Assembly (NCBI GenBank): GCA_047967505.1
Contig: CM106538.1
Length of the DNA stretch: 64,000 nt
Strand: one strand, 5' to 3'
Source: Dipteris shenzhenensis
Taxonomy: Eukaryota
Made by a program: the position numbers and the translations under genes. The notes beneath the pieces are model-generated. The model searched no databases and had not been told where the DNA came from. It was given only the letters and a program-made list of their open reading frames with translations. Shown here piece by piece: positions 1-11,165 of this stretch. Within the stretch, counting starts at the first letter, position 1; each line of letters opens with the position of its first letter.

Positions 1-1640
1 GTCATTATTGTGGTTGAAGGCCAACAACTTATCATACACATTCCAATGACATGTTTTATAGTAATGATTGAATGGAATTGAGTTGCCTTTTTTATTATGT
101 TGAATGTGAGCCTCCAAGAACAAAGTATCAATAAACATTTTCCCTCCAATGATAAAATTCTTGCTTGCTAGAACATTGTGTCGAATCCATGAGTATGATA
201 AAGTTGACAACTTGGGCATGGGGATGATCCTTCATCCTTGACTTTAAAATTTGAATATGAATTTGATGTATGACACGTACCTCTAATGGGCGTAGGCTCG
301 TGGTAGGATCAATTGGAGGTCTGACAATCTGGTTGATGTGCAAGAAGAATGACTAACGATCAACAAGATTCTCCTTTTCTATCTTTGCATGGATTTTATT
401 TTGAAGTGTATTTGAAGTAACATCTCCAATATCTTCTCTTGGTAATTGAAGTTATTCAATGCTTTGGATCTCCCACGACCTCCTTTGTGCCTCCTTTCTC
501 TTTTAGCACCTTTGATTTCTTTGAATCTAATTTCGTATGTTTTCTTGCTTGCACAATGGCTAGAGTCTCCACAACAACATCCTCATCAGGCTCTTTTGAA
601 GGAACCATACTAGCAACTAGAAGTCATTTTTGTGGGATCGGTGTTCTCAAACCATGCCCACTTCTGGAGGTGCACTTAGTCCATGAGATAGAGAAGATGC
701 TATGAATCCATGTGAAGCTAAGGGAGCTCTTAATCCTTGGCCACTAGAGCCTCTTTTCTCACCTTCAATGTAGGAATGCATCTTTCCCTTTGACTTAGAA
801 GAAATGAGGTACTTTGATAGGCGATGTTGCCATAACCTCCTCAAATTTCTCCTCCAAATGTTCCTCAGAACTACTATTTGAAGATGATATGTCCACCTAT
901 TCTATAAACTCCTCAACCTCCACAATTTGGTTGGCTAGACAACAAATGGTATCCAATCCCTCTTGGTTCTAAAAAGAAAATTACATGTGTCGATAAGAAA
1001 AAAAATTATACATGGATAGTAACTAACCTTTCCTTCCTCTTGCTACAAAAGGAGGAGTAACGACTTTAAAAGAAAACAACTTTTCATTAACAACACAAAT
1101 AAGAGCCTTCTTATTGTTTTCCATCCCAAGCATTTCAGCTTTCCCAACCTTCCTCTTGCTTTTTGCAATATCTTTTATCTTCCATTTGGAAGCACCTTTG
1201 GAAGCATCAATGACATCTCCTCTATTCTTGATCAAGTTTGATGGTCCATTTTGAATTTTTGACATTTTGTACTTCTGTTTTGTCCCATGATTTTCTAAGT
1301 TGCATCAAAACTTCATCAAAGGGATCATGGAAATCATGAATTTGTTGTTGTTGTTGAATAGTAGGATTAGATTCCTCGCCACATTTCTTCAATTCCTTGC
1401 CTCCCTTCTTCTTCTTCGATATTTTTCTAGCTTTTTGAAAGAGCAACCTCCATTGTAGGCTTCCCAAAGGAACATATCTCTCCAAAAGTTTGTACCTTTC
1501 TTCGATTTCTTGCCACCCTTTTTCTTCTTTGATTCTTTTTGGCTTTTCAAAAGAGCAACCTTTGTTGTAGGCTTCCCAAAGGAACGTTTCTCTCTAAAAG
1601 TTTTCTTGTTCAACACGGCTACAAAACAAATAATCAAATT
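1..1640 (-). pseudogene. Degenerate spliced gene remnant: Lys-rich N-terminal region followed by a ParB/Srx-like module; runs off the left edge
   Basis: Minus-strand reading RPLEVRVIHQIHIQILKSRMKDHPHAQVVNFIILMD...ENVY*YFVLGGSHST..KRQL, then after a frameshift PFNHYYKTCHWNVYDKLLAFNHNND. Intron-like GTTAGT...TTTTTAG at about 1027-969 and a pyrimidine-rich acceptor near 1619. Stops and frameshifts present. Confidence 0.45.
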
Positions 1641-2267
1641 TCAATTATTTAGCATCTAATATATGGAATATCAATTGCAAAAAGAATGACATGATAATTT
1701 CAATACTTTCAATGAATTAAGAAAGATCACTAATTTGATTGCATAAAGACTTCTACTAAAAAAACAATGAATTACAATTAAAATCAATTAGAGTTCCATA
1801 TCCACAAAATAGGACAAAGCTAATCATTGAAACAAGACTTTCGATTTTCTTTCCCAAAAAAATTTGAATACTTTTGTAAAAGCAGATGATAAGCAAAAAA
1901 GCTTGCAAAAATGCACAAATAAGACTCAAAAACATTTTTTATGATGTTTGAAAACCCATTTCCTAACTATGCATGAATAGTTTAAAACCTTGTTTTTTGG
2001 AGAATTAGCACGGCAATCTTAGTTGGATTTTTTTGCAACATAACATATTTATTTCAATTGCAATGCAATTTTTTTGAAAATATGCAAAGTTAAATATGAT
2101 AGGATCTGACTCGGAAGAGGAATTACCCATGACTTCCCAAGGGGATAAGGAAACCCCCCCTCAGAACCAGGCTTTTACTGTGGTCCAAAATAAAAGAAGA
2201 CAATCCAAAATGGCCAATCCATAGAGTGATAGCCCGAATACCATGGCTAAAAAGGGATAAAAAAAGA

Positions 2268-5200
2268 ATGGTAAGTTGAAATTGTTTCTTTCCTTACAAT
2301 GTCAGGGGACTAACTGGCCCTAGAAGAAGTGAGGATCTAGCTTTTCGGCTAAGAAACAATTCCCTCTTCCCTCATTTTTTAGCCCTTCGAGGTCAAAGTA
2401 GCTACTGACGTTCTTCAAGATAGACTTTAAAAGTTTGATAGAAGAAGAAATTTGTATGTGACTTATCATGAAGATGGTAAAGGTGGGACAGCTTTAGGGA
2501 CTCTTTCTCATTTTTGGGGTTGTATCCTTCATGATTTGGTTGATAGACAAGATAGATCGATCTCTTTATCTTGTCTCATGAAAGGGTAGTGCTTCATAGT
2601 TACATCTATCTCTGCTACAAATAGTTTTACGGATACGATGAGCACTTGGGATTTGCTAGATGCAATTGGTGAAAGAGGAATTCTCCTAGGTGACTTTGAC
2701 ATGAATCTAGCAAGGACAGATGAGCACTTGGGATTCACTAGATGCAATTGTTGAAAGAGGAATTCTCCTAGGTGACTTTGACATGAATCTAGCAAGGATA
2801 GATGGCTGGAAAAAGGCTCAGTTGTCAAAGCATCATGAGAATGCTAAGGAGTAGCTATAATTTTTTGACATGGGTAAAGATGCTCTTTTCACTTGGCACA
2901 ATAGCCAAATAGGTCCCAATAGAAGAGAGGATAGTTTTGATAGAATTTATCTTTCTCGGGACTTGTTGAGTGAGGTTTTCTCTCTGTTTTATCATATTCA
3001 TCCTACTTCTCCCTTTTTGACCATAAACCTGTCACACTCCAATGTGACTTTGGAAAGGGGAGGCCTCCATCTCTTGGTTTAAGGCTGATCCAAAACTCTT
3101 GGGCTTAGAAGTATATAGGAAAAGATATGTCATATCTGGGAGGAATGTTTCATAGAAAAACAACCCGTTGAGGTTTCTTGGCTGGAGGGAGTGAAGAGGA
3201 CCCAAAATTTTCTAATGTAGGCAAGAAAGGATAGAGCCAAGATCAGAGCACAATGAATGGACAAAATCAGAGAGACCATCAATGCTTTGGAGAGGTCAAC
3301 TAGGCTAAGGGACTCCAGAACTCAAGAAGAGTTGTTACAAGCCAGACGGGACCTAAGAATGCAAGAGTAATTAAAGCTCAATGAGTCTCGAGCCTATCTT
3401 AAAGAATAGTGGGTAGGTAACCTTGATTGGCCAACCAATAAAACTTTCAATCTAATCCAAAGAAAGAGGTCAAAGGAAGAGATCCCTCTTTTGAAAAAAG
3501 GTGACAACTCTTTAGCAGCTAATATAGCAGAGAACATTTAGCTGATTTATTAGCTCTTCCAAAAGCTTCTCTCCAATGCTATTCCCCCTAATGAGTTGCT
3601 CTTACAAGCTATAGGTTGTTGTGCAAGGAGGCCAAGAAGAGGACTATCAAAAACTTTGAGAGTGTCTACCTTGAAAAACCCCCGAAAAACCCTCCACTCT
3701 TAAAGAGATCAAGCATGCAATGGACGATATGACTGATGGTAAAATGCCAAGTGAAGATGGCCTTCTTGTAGAATTCTACAAATCCTTTTGGGAAACTATA
3801 GGTCCTTGTCTTACTGCAAGTTTGGAATGAAAGCATTATCTCCTCCTTGTTGCCCATATAAATGGGGGAGTTATTAAGCATATTCCTAATGATGGTCCTC
3901 GGGATGAACTTAAGAACTAGAGGCCTCTCATCATGATGAGCTGTAGCTACAAGATTTTTGCCAAGGCCCTTTCCCTCAGAATCCAAGATATATTTGTAAG
4001 GGTACCCACCTGCGGCCTCATTTTGAATAAGCCACCCTAGAGAATCTGCATCAATTGTAAAAAGAAAGCGAGCAATTGGACACACCTATCTAATAGACCT
4101 TTTGAACGGAAAGGGATGACTCATCTCTTCATTAACACAAACTTTGGTTGAAGCATTAGAAAGGAGTAGCCTTACGAAAAAGAAACAAAAGTCAGGGGAA
4201 TGCCCATGTCTTGTAGGGCTTGGATAATGAAGTCCCGATCCAAATAGTCATAATGTCCTGCTTGGAGTCCTTTGCAACCTCACAACCCTCCCAAATATTA
4301 ATAATTGCCTCGAGAAAGTGTCTACCTTTAATAAGCCCTTTGTGTTCTTTAAGGATCCAAGAGTCCATTTTGCCCCATTGCTCCCCTCCTTTTGGCAATT
4401 GCTTCCAATTCACTGGGATGGTTTAATCAAAATGAAACCAAAATTGGTACCATTAAAGGCATTGAGCTCCCTTCAGGTAAATAACTTATCTGCCAATAGT
4501 TTGCATATGACACTAACTTCACTCCTAAGAACACAGTGCCTTGATGTTTTCTGTGAAGCCTCGAGATCCCTAATCAACCACTCAAAAATAGGGTATGCAA
4601 CTTTAAGTGGAAATGAGAGGGAGGTTTTGAGGGACCTTGGATGCTTGAAGATTCCCCATGGCTCTGTTTTTTGCTTGCTTGGGATCCTCATTGGATTACA
4701 AATTTCAATGAAATAGAGATTGCTATCTTCTACTTATCCTACTGGGAACCGTCAAGAGATGGTCTTGAGAGTTTCATTAAGGTGTGTAGATCCTTTCTTT
4801 GGGGGGGTCCAACTAGACTGTCTAAAGTAAGGTGGCCTTTTTGCATTAAATCCAAAGGGGAAGGAGGTCTAAGGATAGTTGGCATTGAGCAAGCTACTCA
4901 TAAGCTTTCTGCCTCGTGGATTGTCAAAGCTATTATTAACCCTAGATTGGTCCCTGCTTTTACTGAGAAATACTATTCATATTCGGCCTCTCAAAGCCCC
5001 TAAGTGGAAAAATTTTCCTCTTCTCTTGGCTCTTTGCTCCCTAGAACCCTACACCATAAAAGGGAGCCTCTTATGGAGGTCTCTTTGGTCTACTTTTGAG
5101 AAAATCAAGAGCTTCATTGTTTTTCAAGCAAGGGTGCCTTTATGGTGGTGCTTGATTCCATTTGGGTCTTGGTGATTTTCAAGGACAAGTTGATGAATGA

Positions 5201-6655
5201 TGAAGATTTAGTGAGAGCAAGCCTATTATTCAAAAAGGGTCTTCAGTGCTAGGGACAATTATGGGACCGAGGAAACCTCAAATGGAAGTGTCAGTAGGAA
5301 ATACTGAGAGAGTTCTCACTCACTAATAATCAGCAGATTTTAGTCATGAAAAAAATTTCTCTGGCAAGGTGAAACTTAATGGAAGGGTGGCTCTCAGTTG
5401 GTTTATAGGAAGGAATTTAGTTGGGTAGGTACCTCCCTCTTTTTTCCCATACCAATGCCAAATTCCACTATTGACAAAGTGTACAAGGAACTCAACAAAA
5501 TGTGGAGGTTTAGGGATAGTGCTACCACTTAGAAGAATAGATATGAGTCTATTTGGGACAAAACTGCACCAAAGAAAGTCTCAACCCCGCTATGGATGAT
5601 AGTCCATATGGCCATCTGGACAAATAGCAAAAGTTTAAGATTTGGGAAAGGTGATGGTTGTTGTTGCAAACGATGTCCATGGGTGTGTGAAGATGTATTT
5701 CATCTCTTTGTGGCCTGTCCTCATGCAAGGAAAGTTTGGAAAATTGTCCATATGGTCACGGGGGAACCGTTAAATTGGAAGGCTATTCTATTAGGGGAGT
5801 CCTCCAAGTTCAAGAAGGACTTATGGCATCCGATAAGGGCACATCTTGTCTGGTTCATATGGATTGCTAAAAATGGATTTAAGATTAATAACATGATTAT
5901 CTTTGCTAACATTTCTTTTTGCAGATTGGTGGGATAGGAACATGGGATAGGAACAAAAGCACCTCCACAAAGCCATAGAGCTCTACAATGAGGCACACAT
6001 TCAGTTGAACATGGAATTGAACTACACGCACTCAACTACACTGAAGACTCACATACCATTGTGATAAGGTTACCTGTTGAAGATGATTGACATGTCTTGG
6101 GGCCAAGGAGATTCCTCTCAACAATGCAACATCCCCAACTCCCTCTACCCATGCTTTTATTACCCCTCCTTCTAGTCGTGCTGTTGGTTCCCCTCCCTCT
6201 ACCTGTGTTGTTGGTTCTCCCCCCTCTGCTCAACCATTCTTTAGAGCCCCCTTGCCAAGGAAAAAAGCTCTCCTCTTTACGGCTCATGGACCAGGCTGTA
6301 TGGATCAGGTCGACTCTATAGAAATTAGTACTGTGAGGCTTAAGTCTGATCCTTCACATGACACATCTACAAGGAGTCCAGTTGAAAGATCGAAAGTCTC
6401 AGAAAACCAGATGGTTAAGGCAAAAGAATCTTGAGTACCTGATGACACATCTACAAGGAGTCTAGCTAAGAGACCGAAAGTCTTAGAAATCTAGATGGTT
6501 AAGGAAGAAGAAGCTTGAGTACTTGATGACCAAGTTCTTTCTTTTTTTTTTGCAAGTCACCTCAGTTATGAAAATTACTCTCTTAGCGAATCTTTTGTAT
6601 GATTCATGTGATGTAAACCAATTATGTAAACAATATATAAAGTCTTTTTTTGAGC
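2268..6655 (+). mobile_element. Degenerate L1-like LINE (ORF2: APE endonuclease, RT, zf-RVT)
   Basis: YNVRG (~2295), GDFDM (~2690), FTWHN...DRIYLS (2870-3082), DGLLVEFYKSFW (~3756), RPLIMMSCSYKIFAKAL (~3920), FAYDTN (~4500), GEGGLRI, and zinc finger CKRC...HLFVAC (5596-5937). The 3' limit is uncertain; a caatatataaa...T-tract end resembles that of the LINE at 20389. Confidence 0.85.
3997..4364 (-). mobile_element. Inverted segment of LINE RT core inside the plus-strand LINE
   Basis: Minus strand encodes HKGLIKGRHFLEAIINIWEG...DFIIQALQDMG...RSIR*VCPIARFLFTIDADSLGW, the RT section missing from the plus strand. Confidence 0.8.
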
Positions 6656-6682
6656 TATATATATATATATATATATATATAT
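6656..6682. repeat. (TA)n microsatellite
   Basis: Direct sequence. Confidence 0.95.
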
Positions 6683-8077
6683 GCAAGAAACAATGGTTCG
6701 ACAGTTGAACTTGTCAAATTGGAATCGAGTTCGGGTGGAGTATCCTGATGATAGCAAAATGAAGAGCCTTGCTCCATACTTTAATGTCTTTAAAAGCATG
6801 GAATGTGAAATCTAGTATGCAAGCCTACATGAAACTTATATTTTATGATGAAAACTTAAAAGAGATTAAATTGTTGTTTTAACTATTATATTTAACAACA
6901 TAGCAAGAAGGGTATTGAGGCTACCGTTATGCCCCCAAGCTTTAAGAAACTCATTGATCAAGCTACCAAAGAAAAAGAGTGTCACAACCAATCATTCTTA
7001 TTAATGAGATGTTCTAGTTTGATCAAGGGAGAAGACCATCCACCAAATTTTTATCATGTGATCAATAGTAATTGTAATCAATTGGCAAAGATAGTGCCAA
7101 AGAATGAGTACACAACACTTCTTATTACAAATATACCTTATGGGTTTAATATGCCTAGATCTACATTTGATGAAGTCCCTTACAAAGCAAAGGAGCTCAT
7201 GAGTTTGCTTGAATAATTCATGTCAATTACAATGACAACACTTTGGGGAGTTGTAATATTTCATTTAGACTTACAATCCGGAGCTGTAATGAGTGTGATT
7301 AATGACAAATGTTGTCGACGTGACCACCTTTATTGTTGGTAAGTAAATTAGACAAAATTCAAATATGTTTTTTTGTTAATAGTTATTGTTATTATTTCTT
7401 CTTTTGGTAAATTGAAAATTTATTTTTGCTCTACGTTACAGGATGAAGACTAATATAAGGCAGTTGAAGGGATTTGCCACAAAGAATATTTCAATTGATA
7501 CTGGTCAACAGATGGTATAAAAAGTATAGGTCACATCAAGTTTCCTCAAAATGCAGCTTTTACTCTTGATCATATTAATGATTCCTGCAATAACAAAGAA
7601 ACTTAGGCATTTAACAATGGACAAGAATGGAGAGATAGTGAACCCATATCAAAAACCACAACTCCTCATAAATCAACTCATAGATCTATTCTCTAATTCA
7701 TGAGCATGAGTGGGTCTTGATCTATTTGCTAGTTTAGGCATAGTGTTAGCATGTGCTTTAAAAAGGGGTCGAAATGTAATTGCAGTATAGAGATGAAGTT
7801 CAATGTGATTATATAAAGAAGAGGGTGATTGCAATTGATAAAGTTTCTTGATGAGCACTAAGAGCTTGGATTGAAAGGTGGAAAGCTTGATAAGAACTTG
7901 GTGGTAGCCCCCTCGCGAAAGCGTCAAGCTCCAAAGATATTGAAACCCGATTTTATGAGGCTAGGCGAGCTGGCGGATACTTGGAAGAAGGAGGTCAAGA
8001 AAGAGAAAGCAAGTGAGACTTTGATAGTAAAATCTCAGAGGGAGGAGGGTCATGGAGATCATTTTAACATATGGTAG
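6681..8077 (+). pseudogene. Intron-containing beta-class DNA amino-methyltransferase (N6_N4_Mtase-like) pseudogene
   Basis: Motif order typical of beta-class MTases: HVINSNC...LLITNIPYG (motif IV-like, NIPY at 7130-7141); LYCW/MKTN across a GT-AG intron 7339-7441; VNPYQKPQLLINQLIDLFSN (7638-7697); LDLFASLGIVLACALKRGRNVIAV (motif I-like from 7716); then RDEVQCDYIK after a frameshift. Several stops and frameshifts. Confidence 0.8.
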
Positions 8078-9639
8078 AATTGAGTAGATAGAAGATGTAT
8101 TTCTATTGAGTAGATGGAAACATAACTTAGATGATGCATCTAGTTCATTTTTGTAGAAAGAAAGATGTGGATTTCTATTGAGATTTTTGTGAAGTTTGGT
8201 CTGAATATGGAATCTTGAGACTTTTGTAAACTTGTATGCTTTGAATAGTTTTAAGCAAGAAGGCATTGAGCTTACATCATTACCTTGATAGCACTTTTCT
8301 ATTCTTTTTGTAATTTATGTGATAGTGCCTTGTTTGGTTTGGACAACATTGAGTAGAATATGCTACTAGGTACAACAACTTAAGATGTATCATGTGGTTT
8401 TTAAAAAGAAACACAAAGTTCAAGGGAAGGGAAAACAAATTTAGACTTAGAGATTACACAAAATAGATTGATATTTTTGCAATGTAATCGAGGTCCTAAT
8501 TAATTTGTGGGCATGATGTGTGAAAATTGCATAAATTTAAGAAATTTAAAAATTTTGACTACACAAAATAGAACCCTATTGAAAAAGTTATAATTTTAAT
8601 GATTTTTTAAGGGAAATTAAAAACGGGTACCAATGTTACGTACCCAAAATAGATTTCCATATAGACAAATTATACAAAATCCAATACATTCCATAGTTCT
8701 CAAATTGTATGATGTTTGTTATTTCTTTTTAAAACCTAAAACCCACAACATGTAGCTTTCCAAGAACTACTTTGATATAAAGGCACAAGCATTTAGTGTG
8801 GGAGCTCTTCTTCCTTTAACCCGAGCTACCTCATAGGAAATACATGCCCAAAGACTTTTCATATAGTAATAACATTTTTTTTTACAAAACCCCATAAAAA
8901 TGCACCTCTATAAAGAGGCATGCAAACACCAATAATGAGTATAACTCCTAAACAAGAAACCTTGAAGATAAAGGAACATGCACCTCCAAAAGGGGATTAT
9001 TATATAAAACACAACTTAGTATAGTTGTGAAATTGCTCCTCTCGAATGGCACCTTCTCCTTATTCCTCCCACCGCTTGCACAAACTTTGCTCTTGGAATC
9101 ATCTCCTTATCCTTTTAAGCATCAAAATTCGTCCATTTTTAATCTAGCTTTCCTTCCTCCTCCCACACCTACTTTTCTTCCATGTTGCTTTGATGTACGG
9201 TATTTTTAGTCACAATAGGTTAGTGCAAAAAAAAGGTATATTATTCCCATGCATTGATACTAAGATCATTTGATTAGGTTACACCCTCCACCACTTTGAC
9301 ACACTTCTATCTTTTGAACTCAATCTCCACTTCCACCACTTGCTTAAACTCCTTTTGAGACATAGTAATAGACAAATTTGTAAAAGATTTAAAATAACTT
9401 GTATTTATGTTGAAAACTACACAATGCTTTCAAACGTCCTAGTTCGAAACATGCATTCCATTTATAATTGTCTATAAAATCCAGCCCTATGATATTTGTA
9501 TGAAGTGTCTATTTACAAACTCTCTCCTTTGAGTGTTAAAATTATCTATTTACTTTGAGACCCAATCAAGGTTACTTTGGTTTTCAATATGTTGACCTGC
9601 ATTTTTGAATATTTGTAGATATGACTCAATGCATCCCAT

Positions 9640-10534
9640 CCATTTCTTGAGCCACTAAGGGAGTTACTTACCCTATTCTAGGCAAACTCTATGAGTGGTG
9701 GATCGCTGATGAAGGTGAATTCTTGAGGGAGCATCCTGCTCAGGCAAAATTAGCATGGGTGGAGGGCAGTTTTCATGACAGTTTGACCCCCTGTTAGTGT
9801 TTTGCTCATAACTTTCTACTTGTTAGTATGATTTTGATGAAACTTATAACAACGCAAAGCTCTCTTCAAGGCGCATGTCTTTGTGTTATTAGATCTTGAA
9901 TCAAATACTATAGCAAAAAGTTATGAGTCTCTATGTTTGTTAGTCTATTTTCATGATAGTTTTTACCCCCATCTAGTAAATCGCCCATAACTTTCTGGCT
10001 GCTTCTTTGCTTCTTACGAAATTTATATCAATGCGAATCCCATCTCAATCGCATCTCTATATGTGTTTGAATCTTTGGTATCTAGAAGTTATGGGTCTCT
10101 ATGTCTAATGATATTTTGGAGAGTGTTTTGAGCTAATTGTAAAGGTATCTATGAAGGAGGTGTAATGTTTCTTTGGAACCTACCCATTCGACCCAATCAG
10201 CCCCTTCAAACTCCTCGATATATATCATTTTATGTCATGTTGAGCTGCAAGATCTTCTTTCAACAACGTATCACTCTTCTCTTTGGTGTAGACTGGCTTG
10301 CTGAGATTATGGCCTCCGCTGATCCTTTCTTTCTCCCTATGCTTGAAAACAACATCACTTGGGATGTTACCATCTTCATTCTTATATAAGAGAGGATAGT
10401 ATGGCGTGGTCTCTTAGTATAAAAGCTTCTTTTTAATGTCCCTTTCGCATTGATGAATATCTCTTTCACTCAATTCGAAAGCAATAGGAAGTGAAGAGGT
10501 GCATGAAATTTATTACCCCCAACTTCATGTCACA
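9640..10534 (+). repeat. 5' LTR (5'-truncated) of the Tat-like element
   Basis: Matches the distal part of the 3' LTR and ends in TCACA just before the PBS-like site. Confidence 0.7.
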
Positions 10535-10539
10535 TCTTT

Positions 10540-10555
10540 TGGTGGAGACGTCGAG
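10540..10555 (+). promoter_or_regulatory. Primer-binding site, tRNA-Ala-like
   Basis: TGGTGGAGACGTCGAG, compared with TGGTGGAGATGCGGGG expected from a tRNA-Ala 3' end. Confidence 0.55.
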
Positions 10556-11165
10556 TACATTTGGTATTGGATTCGTCCCACCTTACTAAACCGTCTCAGG
10601 TGTACTTGAGTGCATGTTATGCCTATTATAGGCATGTATTTCTGATGTTGCCTAGAAGAACTTCGTTAGAAGAGATTATAACCTGTTTAAGAGAACTTGA
10701 AGATCGTGAAGGTGATACTCAAGCTATTCACACGATCATTATGATCATATACTTTATGTTTGCACTCTTGAATATGTTGGTGAATAGACAATGCCATCAG
10801 TAGGCACAATGATAGATTGGGGATTGTTTCATGCACTGGCAGCTTGGTGTGAAGAAGAGTTGAGTCTTTGGGCAGTTTTTGACTATAATAGTGGAGTGGT
10901 GATTCTCATTGCTTTCAACTTCTTTTGCTATGCAAATGATGAAGAATACAATATCTTGAAGCTATTATGTGCCAATTGTGAGAAGGGTGATTCTTGAATG
11001 CATGTATACATAATGTTTTCATGGTGCAAGTTGGTCACTTATTTTTTAAGATTATGTTGAGGATCACATTGTGGAGGGTTTTCAACAAGTGGTTATGCAT
11101 AATTGGTATACTAAGGCTCTGTGGGATCTTGTTTGAATCTTGGTGTTTCCTTTTTGTGTTTCATC

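Noticed and set aside
6681-8077. Bacterial contamination as the source of the MTase, or of the GT2 gene
   Set aside because: Both have spliceosomal introns and are contiguous with plant retroelements.
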